Positions 38,001 to 49,974 of a stretch of 64,000 nt of DNA are shown one piece after another (positions within the stretch are counted from its first letter, which is position 1; every line of letters starts with the position of its first letter). The stretch is from NCBI RefSeq assembly GCF_000143415.4, contig NW_003314423.1, positions 12,011 through 76,010 of the forward strand, written 5' to 3'. The notes beneath the pieces are model-generated. The model was not told the DNA's origin. It ran no database searches and worked only from the letters and a program-made list of their open reading frames with translations. The DNA is from Selaginella moellendorffii (taxonomy: Eukaryota > Plantae > Lycopodiophyta). A program made the translations under genes and the position numbers.

Positions 38001-39787
38001 GTCCTTGTATGTCACAATATGGCCGGGAGTCATTTTGGTCTTGTTGAAGACTACCTCACCACGTAGAAGAGCATTAGCCACTGTCAGAAGGTTGTCGTCG
38101 TCTAGAGACCGCGAGAAACGCAAGGCGTTGAGCTTCAAATCATTGGGCTTCCGACCGTCCTCCACACCCATTGAGTTTAGCAACTCCCCGTCATGGTACC
38201 TCCTCAGCACATCTACCCATTTGTCAAAAACAACTTTTGTCGCGAGTAGAATGTTATGGATGCTGAGTGTGTCATTGACCCCCAGTGTTTTCGAGAGAAG
38301 ACTCGAGAATTCCTGCAATGGAAATGGCGTGAGGCCACATGCTATGCCACATGCAACGAGGCTTACCTGCCAGGCGCTAGTTGCTAGTGCACGTCCTTGT
38401 CCTGGTTTTTGTGGCTTCTTCAGTTGAACCCAGAGCTTCCGTGTTCGTGCCAATGTCTCGTGCAGACCCGATTTGTAGCACGTTTCTTGCTTGACATTCT
38501 GCGCGTGGGAGATGTATATGATAGATCGGAGGGGCGAGTTGCCTTTTATCAGGCGGACAACTCTTGTCTTGAAGACTTTCTTTACCTCCTCGCCCACCAT
38601 AATATCCACAACTATCTGTTGCATCGCCAAGCTAGAATGCTGCCCGGAGACGGCATAGAACCGGATGTTCTGATCGTCCAACACCTTCCTATTGATCAAG
38701 TCTGGAAACCTCGTCTCGCCCTTCATTGTTCGGTAGTAGGGGATCACGTCTGCGATGTCGGGTGTTACTGGACTTGCCAGCATCTTCTGCTTCTGTTTCT
38801 CCACCCACTCATCAGATACTAGCCTGTGGTTGTATTTGCTTTGGATCTCGATACGGCTCACGTCGATTGTATATACTTTGTTGGAATAGTAACAAGTACT
38901 ATTATCTGCGACGATTTTTGCTGCCTCTTCTTGCTCTTTCTGCTCTTTGCGGCTCTTCTTTTTGGTGGGTGTAGTGTTCGAACCCGAGGCAATGGCATCA
39001 CCGAGTAGCTTCTTTTTTGGAGCAGCAGAGTCGGACGTCGGCTTGAGCTTGACCACCCTTTTCTGCTTCGGGGTAGTTTCCAGATCGACCCCCTTCCCCT
39101 TCGCTTCGCAAACTGGAGGCACTCTCAACGGCTCAATGTTGGAATATAGTTTTTGAACATCGCCGTAGGTGAGGTCCGTGGATTCCATGTGATCTTCATA
39201 GACCCGCAGCGTCTTTGAAATTGTGGGCCTCCTGGACAACCTCTCCCTAGCTCCCTCTAGGAATTCCTCATAGCCGCTGCCCCCCTCCGGGAAGCCGCTA
39301 GGATGTGCAAGGTGGATCTTGAAGGCGGACGCTGTCTCTACCACAAGTGCCAGTCCATATTCTTGCATGGAACTACATGGAGTGTCTGTCACTTGGATGA
39401 GGATCCCCATGCATTCTTTTCTCCCACCATCTGTGTTGTACAGCATCAGATCCTCGCCTTCCATCCCGAAAGTCCAACTGGTGAGCTCCTCCCCCTTCTC
39501 TGCATCCACATTGACAGTAGCTGGAAGAAGAACGCAATTCCTCGCCTGTTCAGAAATGCACAACAATTAGAGCTGACAGATGAAAAGCTAGCAGCTGGAA
39601 ATAACGTGAGGCCACACGCCATTCACCACTGCATCAGATGTCTTGAGGTTGCATCCTAAGATGGCGTGAGGCTACACACCATCTGTAACCGGACTGCACT
39701 CGAGAGCCCAATCGGTGCATGCCAATGTTGCTACTGAATGGCATGTGGCCTCATGCCATTTTCTACTTGGCCTAAAAGACTTACCAT
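34182..39787 (-). pseudogene. Multi-exon TE cargo gene: ParB/Srx-like + degenerate DNA amino-MTase-like + acidic linker + FCP1/NIF-like HAD phosphatase; at least 4 in-frame nonsense codons
   Basis: Predicted ATG 39787-39785, intron 39784-39546, then the 605-aa and 236-aa ORFs, which are in one frame separated by a single TAG (37749-37751). Motifs: IDVSRIEI..FYAVSGQHS; KCVVEYNCGGLFFRAALLKGVPCVAV; D/E tract at 36000-36180; YCIVFDLNGVL..VWTS..ILIIDDSPIK. Confidence 0.65.
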
Positions 39788-42737
39788 TTGAAGCCGAATG
39801 GAGGCCGTGACAATCGAGGCCGGACTCGCTGGCGAATGTGCACTGTGTGTGCAGCGGATCGTAGCAGCAAGGCTACTCTACCACTTACAGTTGGAGAGTG
39901 GTGCTGAAATCTCCCGGGACGCCAAGTGGGCTGCGTGTGGGTGGCGGAGTGGGCGGCGGAGTTGGCGGCGAAGTTACAAACTGGGTGTGTCTTGAAGTGG
40001 ACGCCGATGCACACGAGCGCGATGCGAGCGCGAGTGTGATGCAAGCGCGAGTGGATGCCGATGCACACGAGAAACCTGTAGAGAAGTGAGCGTGATCGCG
40101 AGTGGGAGCGCGATGCGAGCGGGAGCGCGATGCGAGCGGGAGCGCGAGTGTGATACGAGCGCGAGCGCGAGTACAAAGCAAAATGCAAAACCTAACCTCA
40201 CACGCGCGAAATGTCACAACGGTTGGTAATCCTGCCACGTCATCATTCCTCGGACTTGGGCGCCACCATTAATTTCTGGATTGCCGCGCGCATGCAAGCA
40301 CGCAAAATCCAAAAGAAATCCGCAACGTCATCATTCCTCGGACTGCATGCACGCGAAATCCAAAAGAAAGATCATGATTGGGATATCATTTAATACCCTC
40401 GCTATATTTATACCATGCATGATTGGATATTCCAAAGCATCTTGTATTTCCAAAAATGGCAGATGTTCAGCTAAATAAAGAAATTCTATCTGTTTCTATT
40501 TTTCTCTCAAATCAATATTATAGCGTGTGGGCTCATGCAATTTTGAACCAAAGAAACCCAAAAAACGTTAGACCCAAAATATTTTGAAAAAACCCAAAAA
40601 ACCCTAAACATTTTAAACCCAAAAATCCAGGTGTCCTGTGGCGTTATTCCTTGAATGGCGTGTGGGCGCATGCCATTTTCAGGGCCAAATGCTGAATGGA
40701 GAAAAATTCCCTTTCAGTGCAAATGCTGCAAGAGGCAGATGCCGAGCACAAAGGACTGTAACTACCTCACATGACACAGATAAACTTTTCTCTATTTGGC
40801 AAAGATAAACTTTATAGCGTGTGGGCTCATGCAATTTTGAACCCAAAAAATGCACCAAAAAATTCTCGGCGTCATCTGGCGTTATCTCTTGAATGGCGTG
40901 GGGCCGCATGCCATTTTCAGGGGCACATAGGAGTATATTCCTAGGATATTCTGACACGCGCGAGATTTTTTTGAGTTTTCTGGAGATCCAACCGTTAGAT
41001 CGCAACTAGATTTTACAGAATGGTATACAATGTCTTTCTTGATGACCCTGCAAAGAAGCATCTCGATCGGACACCACATAAGACCACACGAGCCTTACAA
41101 TATTTCAGGGGCATTTGCCATAGATCCGACCGTTATTTTGCTCCAAGATTTTACAGTTTGGTGTGCATTGACCTTTCCATCGACACTGCAAAGGGACATC
41201 ACAATCAGATGCGGGATCACAAGAAACTAACTTCACTAACTCTGGTTTCACCAAGATCTACGTAAGGAGTTATGAAATGAAAGGACCCTCTCTATTGAAA
41301 TGTGTTTATGGTTCTAGGGGCATTGTGACATATCAAAGGATTTTGCATCAAGTTCTGTATTTACATGTTTATCAAGCTACTGAATTGCTAAACCCTAAAC
41401 CCTAAACATGTGGCAAATGCTGTGTGAAGAAAGATGCCCTTTCTGGGCAAATGCTGTAAGAGGCAGATGCCGAGCAGATGTATCTCAGGCTAGCGAAGGG
41501 GACAAACGAAAGCTAGCTATAAACATGACGGGATGCAAATAGATTACTAGGCTGGTCCTACGAAAATCAAAAACCATAATTGAAAACATTGAAAATGCAA
41601 AAAGAAAGGTTTATAATATTTTTGAATTTTAAGCAACCAAAGGAATGTAAGTAGGGCATGTGTTTGTAAGTTTAAAAATGCCTCAACCACTTAAATTCCC
41701 AAGTAAATAAAGCTGTTTCTATTTTTGGTACAGGTAAACTTTATAGCGTGTGGGCTCATGCAATTTTGAACCCAAAAATGCACAAAAAAATGCTCGACTA
41801 GCATTATTCTTTGAATGGCGTGTGGCCTTATGTCGAGCATTATTCTTTGAATGGCGTGTGGCCTTATATTGCCATAAATGGACGTACACACACAGCATAA
41901 TTATTCCTTTACACGGCAAATAATCTTGGTGCGGATCGCTGACATGGCATGGCAAAGTTCGAATCACTGACATGGCACAGCTGGATCGAGGCAAGGACAT
42001 GATGTGACAAAGTTCAACCTCCGACAGCAAAGTCTAGAAGCTACTCAGTTTGAAATTTGTCAAAGGAATCATAAGATCTGGTTTGTCAGAGGATTTGATG
42101 TGACGTTCAAGCGTGTGTTATTTTTGAATTCTCGAACTCATTCCTAGGTCTATCATTTTTGTGCGCCGTGTTCTTGGTTCTGCTGAGCGCAGTGAGCGCT
42201 GCTTGTGTAAGCGGCGTTGTGGGCTGTGGTTTATGCGTCTACGAGCGGTTGCGGCATTGCGAGCGCCATTGCGAGCGGCAGTTTATGTGAGTGGCAGTTT
42301 GTGCGAGCGGCGCTACGAGCAGTTGCGGTGTTGCGAGCGACGCTACGAGTAGTTGCGGTGTTGCGAGCGGCACTGTCTTTGGTGTGGCTACCGCTTCCTC
42401 TTGATATTCGGCACTTGTGCTTCCTGGTATGTTCACCATGGAATGGCTTAGGACCACATTTAGAAATGGCATGAGGCCACATGCCATCTTGGGCCCTTGC
42501 AATTTCATGGCTAGCGTATTGTCATGTATGTTTTTACTTGCCTGCAGTTGTGTGTATATCAAGATGGCATGAGGGCTCATGCCAATTTTGTGAATGCGAA
42601 ATTTCACGTGGGTGTCAATAGCATGTTTGAATAATGGCATGTGGCCTCATGCTATTGAGGTTGTTTGGTATGTTATGATTTAGGCCATTCTCCAATCATT
42701 TTTTGTATGGTCTTAACTTCTTTTCTGCACTTTCAGA

Positions 42738-45700
42738 ATGGCCTTCAGGGTTGGGGAAAAGGTTTACATTTTGAATGGTGGGAAGAGAGTTGCAAAAGGG
42801 ACCCTTGTGTCTATGGATCGGAACTTTGTTATACACTGTCAAAGGCTTAGGGAAGGCAATGCTGCTGTATCAGTAGAGACTGTCTTCGATGGGAATGTGG
42901 TCGCTATTGAACGAGGAGAGATGGTCGTCGGGGTAAATGTTGTTGTTGCCTTGAAAAATCTTCAGAAGAAAGCAGATGTTGGGGACAGCGCAAGTGCGAT
43001 GCATGTTCCCTCCGTGGATCTTAAGAACCGTGCTACATGGATTCAGGCAAAGGTGTTTCTAAACAACCCCGAGGGGGAGGTGGTAGCTGAGGGCTTAGCC
43101 ACAGTTGTCGATCCAAGAGATGCGGTTGCTAATCAAGAATTGGGCTGGGATGATATTGGAGTTGCGATTTTAGAGGTTGTTGACACAGAAGAAAACAGTC
43201 TGACTATTGGAAGCATTGTGCGGTGGAAATTGAGGCACTTAGTGTTTGAGAATGTGAAGGATTCACAATCAAACACCATTACAACTGATGACAGAACATC
43301 TCTTCATGGGAAAAGAAAGTACACCTTCCTAAAGCGCAGCCAAAGGGATCTGAGCAACGAACCGAAAAGGCAGAAAATGGCGATGGAGGTTCGAATGGTC
43401 TCGACAGTTGCTTGTTGCAAGAGGAGGTGCTGTCAACATGCTGATTGGGATGCTATTGAAGAGGAGAGAGCAAGATACAAGACATTGTCCTGGAAGGCAG
43501 CTCGCAATTTTGTGTATGAGGCATTACGGTCATCTGTTGATGCTTCAGAACATCAGGTGGGGGGCATGGTCTTCCAGAAGGGTTTGGTCTGCATGAAGGC
43601 ATGGAGAATCATTTATGGAGTCCCTCGAACCACATTCTACAGAATCAAAACTGAGTTCGAGGAACAAAGGGTTCAACAGGCAGTCCATGGGAACGACGGT
43701 ACGCACAAAACCAGGGGTCATGTTGTATATGGAGAGGCAATCTTCAAGAGGTTTGTCGAGACATGTAGCGAGCAGCAACCACATAAAACCCGCCTCTTGG
43801 AAGATGGAACACGAGACACCCAACGAGTTCTCCCTTCCATGTATACCAAGGGGGCCATATTGGAAGATGTGAATCGGGAACTCCAGAGTAATGGCTACAG
43901 GAAGCTGAGCCAATCTAGATTTAGTAGATTGTGGAGCAACAGGTTCAGGGATGTGAGTATAGGAAAGTACTCCAGCTTTTCAAAGTGTGACGAGTGCACT
44001 GCTATCAAAATGGCTTTGTCGAAGAATTTTTGCAGCGCTCAAGAGCGAGAGATGTTGGTTAGAAGGCGGCTCGACCACAACATCGAGCAGAGAAGCTGCA
44101 GGACTGCATATTATCATAACAGGATTCTCTCCATGGAGAGACCTGACTCTTACCTCTGCATCATCCACGACAAAATGGACCAGAAAAAGACATGCTTACC
44201 TCGACTCAATCCTGCCCCCAAGGCAATCTCTTCATCCATGCAGCTGCCTGTGTCTCTGTTTGGCATAATCGCTCATGGGCATGGTGCCCAGAACTATGGG
44301 AACTTCTTTGTACCTCTATGGGGTGGCGGGGGTGCAAACATGATGATTGCGTCCCTAGCAAAACACTTAAGGTCTCTGCAAAGTGCGCAGACTGAGCTGA
44401 ACGGCCAACCCTTGCATAAGGCCCTTGTCGATCAAACCCCATACAGGGTTCAGCTGGAGGAGGAGCAAAGGCTTGCAGTATCGCGTGGGGCCCCATGCCA
44501 TCCCAGTGAATATGTTGGCCGTCAGATTGTAGGGTTATCACGTGAGGCCTCATGCCATTCCGACGAGGCTGGTCGCCCGGTGAATGCACAGCCTCATCCA
44601 AACGAAGCAGAATCTCAAGGAAGTTCTTGCGGCCGATGTGGCCTTCCACCCCATCTTCTGCTCCAAACAGACAATGCTGGCAGTGAGAACAAAAACATGT
44701 ACGTCTTCGCGTACTTGGCGATGCTTGTTGCCAAAGGCATATTTGAAACGGTTACACTTGGCTTTCTCATGGTTGGGCACACTCATGAAGACGTCGATGC
44801 CATGTTCAGTCACCTAGCAGAGTCCCTCTGGCGATCCAATGTCCTCACCCTCCCACAACTCTACGATGAATTCCAAAATTGCATCAAAGGCACTGTTGAA
44901 GCTGCACTTCTGACAGAGGTTCCAGACTTTAAGGGGTTTGTAAGAGGCTACATCAGGGACGGATCCGAAATGCTGATTAGCCACTCCAAGCCTCTTCAGT
45001 TTCATTTCAGCATGTGTGACGATGCTCCAGTGATGAGGTACAAGATGAGAGAATGGGACACAGTGTGGCTGCCAGTGGACGGCATTGAACTCTTCAAGAG
45101 AGATCCCATAACTGGGGAACCTATGATTCCTCAGGGTTCCCCACGGCCGATGCACCCGGATGGACTCAAAGACCAGGAAAGTATAGTGGCCGGGATTAGA
45201 CAGCATATTGCCTTCTGGAAGAGGGGGTTGGTGTTTGGTGGAGAATCCTATTTTCAGAGGTGCAAACCTTTGCTCGAATACTGGGAGAAGATTATATCTG
45301 CTATCCAAAATGGGCCGGTTGTATATGAAGAATTGGAAGAGTCCTTTTGGCCAGAACCCAGAGCACCAGATAGTAGCGGAACAATGTCCTCTGGAAATGC
45401 AGTGACAGATAACGATGTTGAGGATCACTATTGTGGGCCGAGGAACAAGAAGCCGGATTCAGCATTCAATCCAGTACAGGTCTGCAAAGGAATGGTCGTG
45501 CTTGTCAGACCCAGTAATAAAAAACAAATGATATGGGTGGGGCGCTGCATCACTGATGCAGAGGAGGACGCAGAAACTAACTCCTTCAATATAACTGTGG
45601 AGTGGTTCAAGCCAAGTTCCGGATATACGAACGATTGCCTAGAAAAGAGATGGGTGCTGAATCCAAGGGATCCCAGCATGAGCATATCGGTGGATAATGT

Positions 45701-45879
45701 TGTGCATGGTTGGATGCGGAAGCAGAGTGCCACCATCACCTTGCCAGACCATGCAAGAGATGCAGCAAGAGCATTCATAACCCGGGTTCAAGGTGAGATT
45801 CATGAATATTCCTTTACTAAGTTTCTAATGTATTTTATTTCAAGGTGAACAATCCGAATCTGAATCAGAGGAGGCGTGA
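42738..45879 (+). CDS. DD(D/E) transposase, Sola-like (DUF7869-type), about 1030 aa; small terminal exon 45845-45879
   Basis: Open 1036-codon ORF with CCKRRCC, FSKCDEC..H, IIHDKMDQKKT, LLLQTDNAGSENKN, FLMVGHTHEDVDAMFS. Predicted intron 45793-45844 gives ..TRVQGEQSESESEEA*; 5'-UTR intron 42427-42736. Confidence 0.88.
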
Positions 45880-47669
45880 TGGCATGTGGCCTTACGCCAT
45901 TCCTAAGTGAGATGATACAAATAACAAATAACAAGATCTTTCTCTAAAATGTTATTTAGCATGTGGCTTCATGCCATTGCTCTCCACAATCATGCATTGA
46001 ATTTCTATCCTTGCATAATACTTCTCCATATATATAGCATGTGCGCACATGTGATAGGGTTCATTAGGCCTGATATAGTGTGTGAGGTAAAACAAAGATG
46101 ATGTGACATATGCATTTACCAATCACACGTGCATAAATCTAATAATATGGCGTGTGGCCCATATTAATGGCACATAAACCCATATTGTGGGCTTACGTGC
46201 TTTATGTACCATCATTCCCTTGCAGCGTGTGTGTTGGTTTCCTTTTATAACACAACGAACTCCATATTTTAGGGTGAAGAGCGTTCTCATGGCAAGCACA
46301 AAATCTGTAAGTGAGGCAGAAAAGGAGACGGAGAAGGAGATAGGTGAAGATGTAGAATATATAAGTCTTCCAAACTCCCTGTACTATACTCCAGGTGATC
46401 ATTTTTCTGAACAAACGGCAACATTAACAACTATCGAGAACGCCCCAGTAACGTCAGAGACAACAATCCAAAGCAAAACAACTGACCCGGAGAAGGATGA
46501 TAGTACCGCTGAGAGTACCAAAAAGGAGGTGTCCACTAGCGCTTAGGCTTATAATGGCGTGTGCCCTCATGCCATTTACTTGATCACCAAATACCTTTTT
46601 CCCTTTGCACTAGTATATCTTAATACCGGTCTGAGAAATAGAATGGCATGTGCCCTCAGGCCTTTTACTAAATCACCTTTGAAAGAAATGCAAGCCTCTA
46701 TGTCGTAAAAAAAAGGTACTAGAGAAATTCCTTAATAATATGAATGTTATTTAGTTTCATGAAAATACACTAAGGGTCAAATGAGTTAAATGACTTCTCC
46801 AGACTAGCAATGCCTCTTGCTACACCTTCACAATTAGATTCGTTAGAAAAAGATAACATTGAATAATATCTAAATGTTCTCACCATTAAGTTATATGTCT
46901 GGCTAATAGGAATGACGTTCATCTTGGAAAGCTCACCACACGCTCAATGAACAAACAAATAGTGTGTGCGCGCATGCCATCGCTCTTCTTTAGCTTCAGA
47001 TTCGGCTTGTTCACCTTGACAATGAGATTTATTATACAACCAGATGGACTCAGTCTGGACATAAAGTCACCGCGCTAGTCACCATGCCCCAGATATGTCT
47101 AGCCCCTGGACAAAAAACGTATAATTTCACGTCATTTTCAAATACTTGAAAATTTGTACCTAGTCCCATTTTACTGAATAAATCCCACTTTAACGAAATA
47201 GAGCATCCCTTTAAATCCTAAACCTTGGGCGTAACATTTACTTCGGGACATCAGGGGTAAACATCATGGCCTAATGGCTTGGTATGGGTACCCCTACTCC
47301 CCCACTTCCATCCCAAAGGGAAAACTTAAGCCCTTAGAAAGGGTGAGGACCAATGAGCCGCAAAGTACTCAAGTGGGGCACCACTCCACATGAGCCGAAA
47401 GCACCGCAATCAATTTCCTTTCTGGGAGTGGGAGCTACTCTTGAACACTTCCTTGGGTGGCCCCTCCAGCACCACCTGAGTCCATGCTCATTCCCCTCAG
47501 CTATAGTCTCAACCTCAAGTTAGTTTGGAAGCATCATTAAAGAGTTCCTTCAAAACTAATTCCTAGACCTCACTATATACTTTTGGAACCCCCTACAGCT
47601 GTGCCCCCCCCCCCCCTTAGGAGACACACGCTTTGGGCTTTCACCCCACGACCTATATTAGTATTTAGA

Positions 47670-47935
47670 CTCAATCTCGCACTCGATCTTGGATTTGATT
47701 TCGGACTTGACCTTGGACTCTACCTCGAACTCGGTCTTGGACTCGATCTGGGACTCGATCTTGGACCGACCTTGGACTGTCTCGTACTTGATCTCGGATT
47801 GGATCTCGGACCCCATCTCAGATCTCAGACTCGGTCTCAAACTCAGTTTCGGAGTCGGTTTTGAACTCAATCTTGGACTCAGTCTCGAACTTGGTCTTAG
47901 AGTCGGTCTCGAACTCGATCTTAGACGCAGTCTCA
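47670..47935. repeat. Degenerate hexamer-like tandem array within LTRs (also 31830-32050, 55260-55335, 60415-60565)
   Basis: Repeating ggactc/gatctt/ggtctc/gaactc units. Confidence 0.7.
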
Positions 47936-49974
47936 TCCGATGAACTCTTTATCATTTGGGTCATACTCTTGGGGATCCTTTAGCCTTCGACATCTAGGGG
48001 AGTTAGTTCTTTATAACTCCACCACCTATAGAAAAAATTCGATACCCACATTCAACGCCTCTTTTTTAATCCTACAATGTGTTGACCATGTTTCCAAGGG
48101 CATCCCCCACTTAGCGGTGTGCCTGAGTTAGCCTCCCAAGCCGAAAGCCCATGACAACAGAATATAAGTGTCCCTATACCCCTCTCATCACCATGCCCTA
48201 GTATGGGGTTGGGACTTGAACCCAACCTTGCTTTACTAGAGGGTTGGGAGTCGAACCCAACCTCTGTAGAATACATTTATGGATTTGACATCCCCATGGG
48301 GAGTCAGGCGTAGTTCCCTACACATGGTCAATATAGCTAACCTATGCTAATTAGCTTACTTTCGGGTCCTAACATACGACATTGCTCAATTTCTCAAAAT
48401 AGATTATTTTAATTGAATTTTGCATAAGTACATAAAGTTCTACCTTGCAAAAATTCCTCCACTAAATCCCATGCGTTCGCTAGGTTTTCCTCCGGTTCCC
48501 ATATTGCTTCATAGTATGGAAATCCTTTCCACTTCACATGGAACTCCCTCACCTCACGTCTTTATCGCTTATTCTTACACGCATTGAGGATGGCCTCGGC
48601 TTCGTATTCCTCTTCCCTTGGATAACCTCAGGTAAAGGTCTTATTTGGTCCTTGCGAAACGGATCCTCAAAGTATTGCTTGAGTAAGTTACATGGAACAC
48701 CGGGTGTATCTTCCCCATCTCTTGAGGAAATCGAAGGTGGTAAACCATATTACCAATTCGTGCTTCAATCTCGTAAGGCCTTACGAACCTGCTTAAAGAA
48801 CTCAAGATTAGTTCTTTTCAGGAATACATGCATTTTTACCTTTGGGTTAGCTTTCGGCTAATCCCACTTGGTAGCCTTAGATTTTTGGTGTTCAGCCACA
48901 CCTTCTCCCCAGGTTAGAATTCCACATCCTAGTGCTTATGGTTCACATATTTGGTTTGCATTTGTTGAGCCTGTTCAAAAGAATCCCTCACTAAATTCCA
49001 AATGTTGAGTCTTTCCACTGTGAATGCCTCCACTATGGGTAACTCTCCATGATATTCGGCCACACCGAGTTCCACAGAACCTTCAATAGCTCGCTTATTG
49101 ATGACTTCTCATGGACTCACCTTGATACTTGAGTGTGGTGAGTTGTTATGGCACATTTCTACAAGAGGTCTGTCATGACACTCTTCCAGGTTACCTTCCT
49201 CAGTTCCCCTTTTGGAATATACACCCTCATTTGTTTATAATAGATAAGCCTATTGCATTTTGCATAACCTATTTTCTCTTCCGTTGGCAGCTCCCCTCTT
49301 TAGTGAGCTTCCTGTGCCTCTTGGTTCCTCAGCAACATTTCTTGTGCTAGACCATCGATTTCATACACTATCCACACATCATTCCAAAAAGTTGTTGTCG
49401 CGCTGGATATCACCAATTTCAAGTTCGCTTTTCAACTTAGAGCATCCACCATGATGTTGCTTTTCCCAGGTTTATACAGAATCTCACAATCAACTCGGCC
49501 AAAGCATTGGCCCACCGACCCTATTTCTCTCTCAGGTTGGGTTGTGACAAGAAGTGTTTTATTGCCACATTATTTGTGTAAACTTTGAAGTGTCTCCCAA
49601 GGTAGTGTCACCACTCCTTGAGTGTCTTGACCACCGCAAACAATTCCTTCTCATGGAACAGACCACTTTCGCTGAGCCTTGTCCAACTTCTTCAAGAAGA
49701 ACACTATTGGATGGTTGTCTTGCTTCAAAATTGCGCCCAATGCAAACTCTGAAGCATCCATTTCCACCTCAAAGTCCTTACTAAAGTCTGGTAACACCAA
49801 TACAGTAGTCTTCCTCAACTTCCTTTTGAGGTGGACAAATGCCGCTTCACATTCCACTGTCTATACCATTTTCCCTTTTCCTATTTGGTCAGTTGAAGGT
49901 AGGGTTACTCTCGAATAGTGTTTGATAAACTTTTGGTAGTAGTTGCATAGCCTCAAGAATGCCCTTAACTTGTG

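Larger units (their letters stand above)
34127..46981. repeat. About 30 dispersed copies of a 24-bp quasi-palindrome AATGGCRTGWGGCCWCAYGCCATT
   Basis: Copies start near 35202, 35277, 36519, 36710, 36851, 38323, 39600, 39660, 39737, 40519, 40654, 40813, 40892, 41742, 41814, 41850, 42465, 42563, 42633, 44479, 44536, 45878, 45955, 46146, 46553, 46642, 46958. None noticed outside the TIRs. Confidence 0.9.
33753..47206 (+). mobile_element. 13.45-kb TIR DNA transposon, Sola-like, with cargo gene
   Basis: TIRs A(A/T)GCTCTATTTCGTTAAAGTGGGA at 33753-33776 and 47183-47206; 4-bp TSD CCCT (33749-33752, 47207-47210). The empty site atcatggaaccctttaaatcc is visible in the sister LTR at ~54602-54622. Confidence 0.92.

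Noticed and set aside
39593-39690. Two 32-34 nt micro-introns each with a palindrome
   Set aside because: A single intron 39784-39546 joining the ATG in frame to the long ORF is simpler; not excluded without cDNA.
41388-41407. Telomere remnant
   Set aside because: Under three CCCTAAA units; an ordinary telobox.
46187-46546. Third gene in the TIR element (S/T/E-rich ORF)
   Set aside because: Short, low complexity, no motif; a possible exon but unsupported.
34127-46981. Palindromic repeats as a CRISPR array
   Set aside because: Spacing is irregular (tens to thousands of bp), orientations are mixed, there are no cas genes, and the context is eukaryotic.
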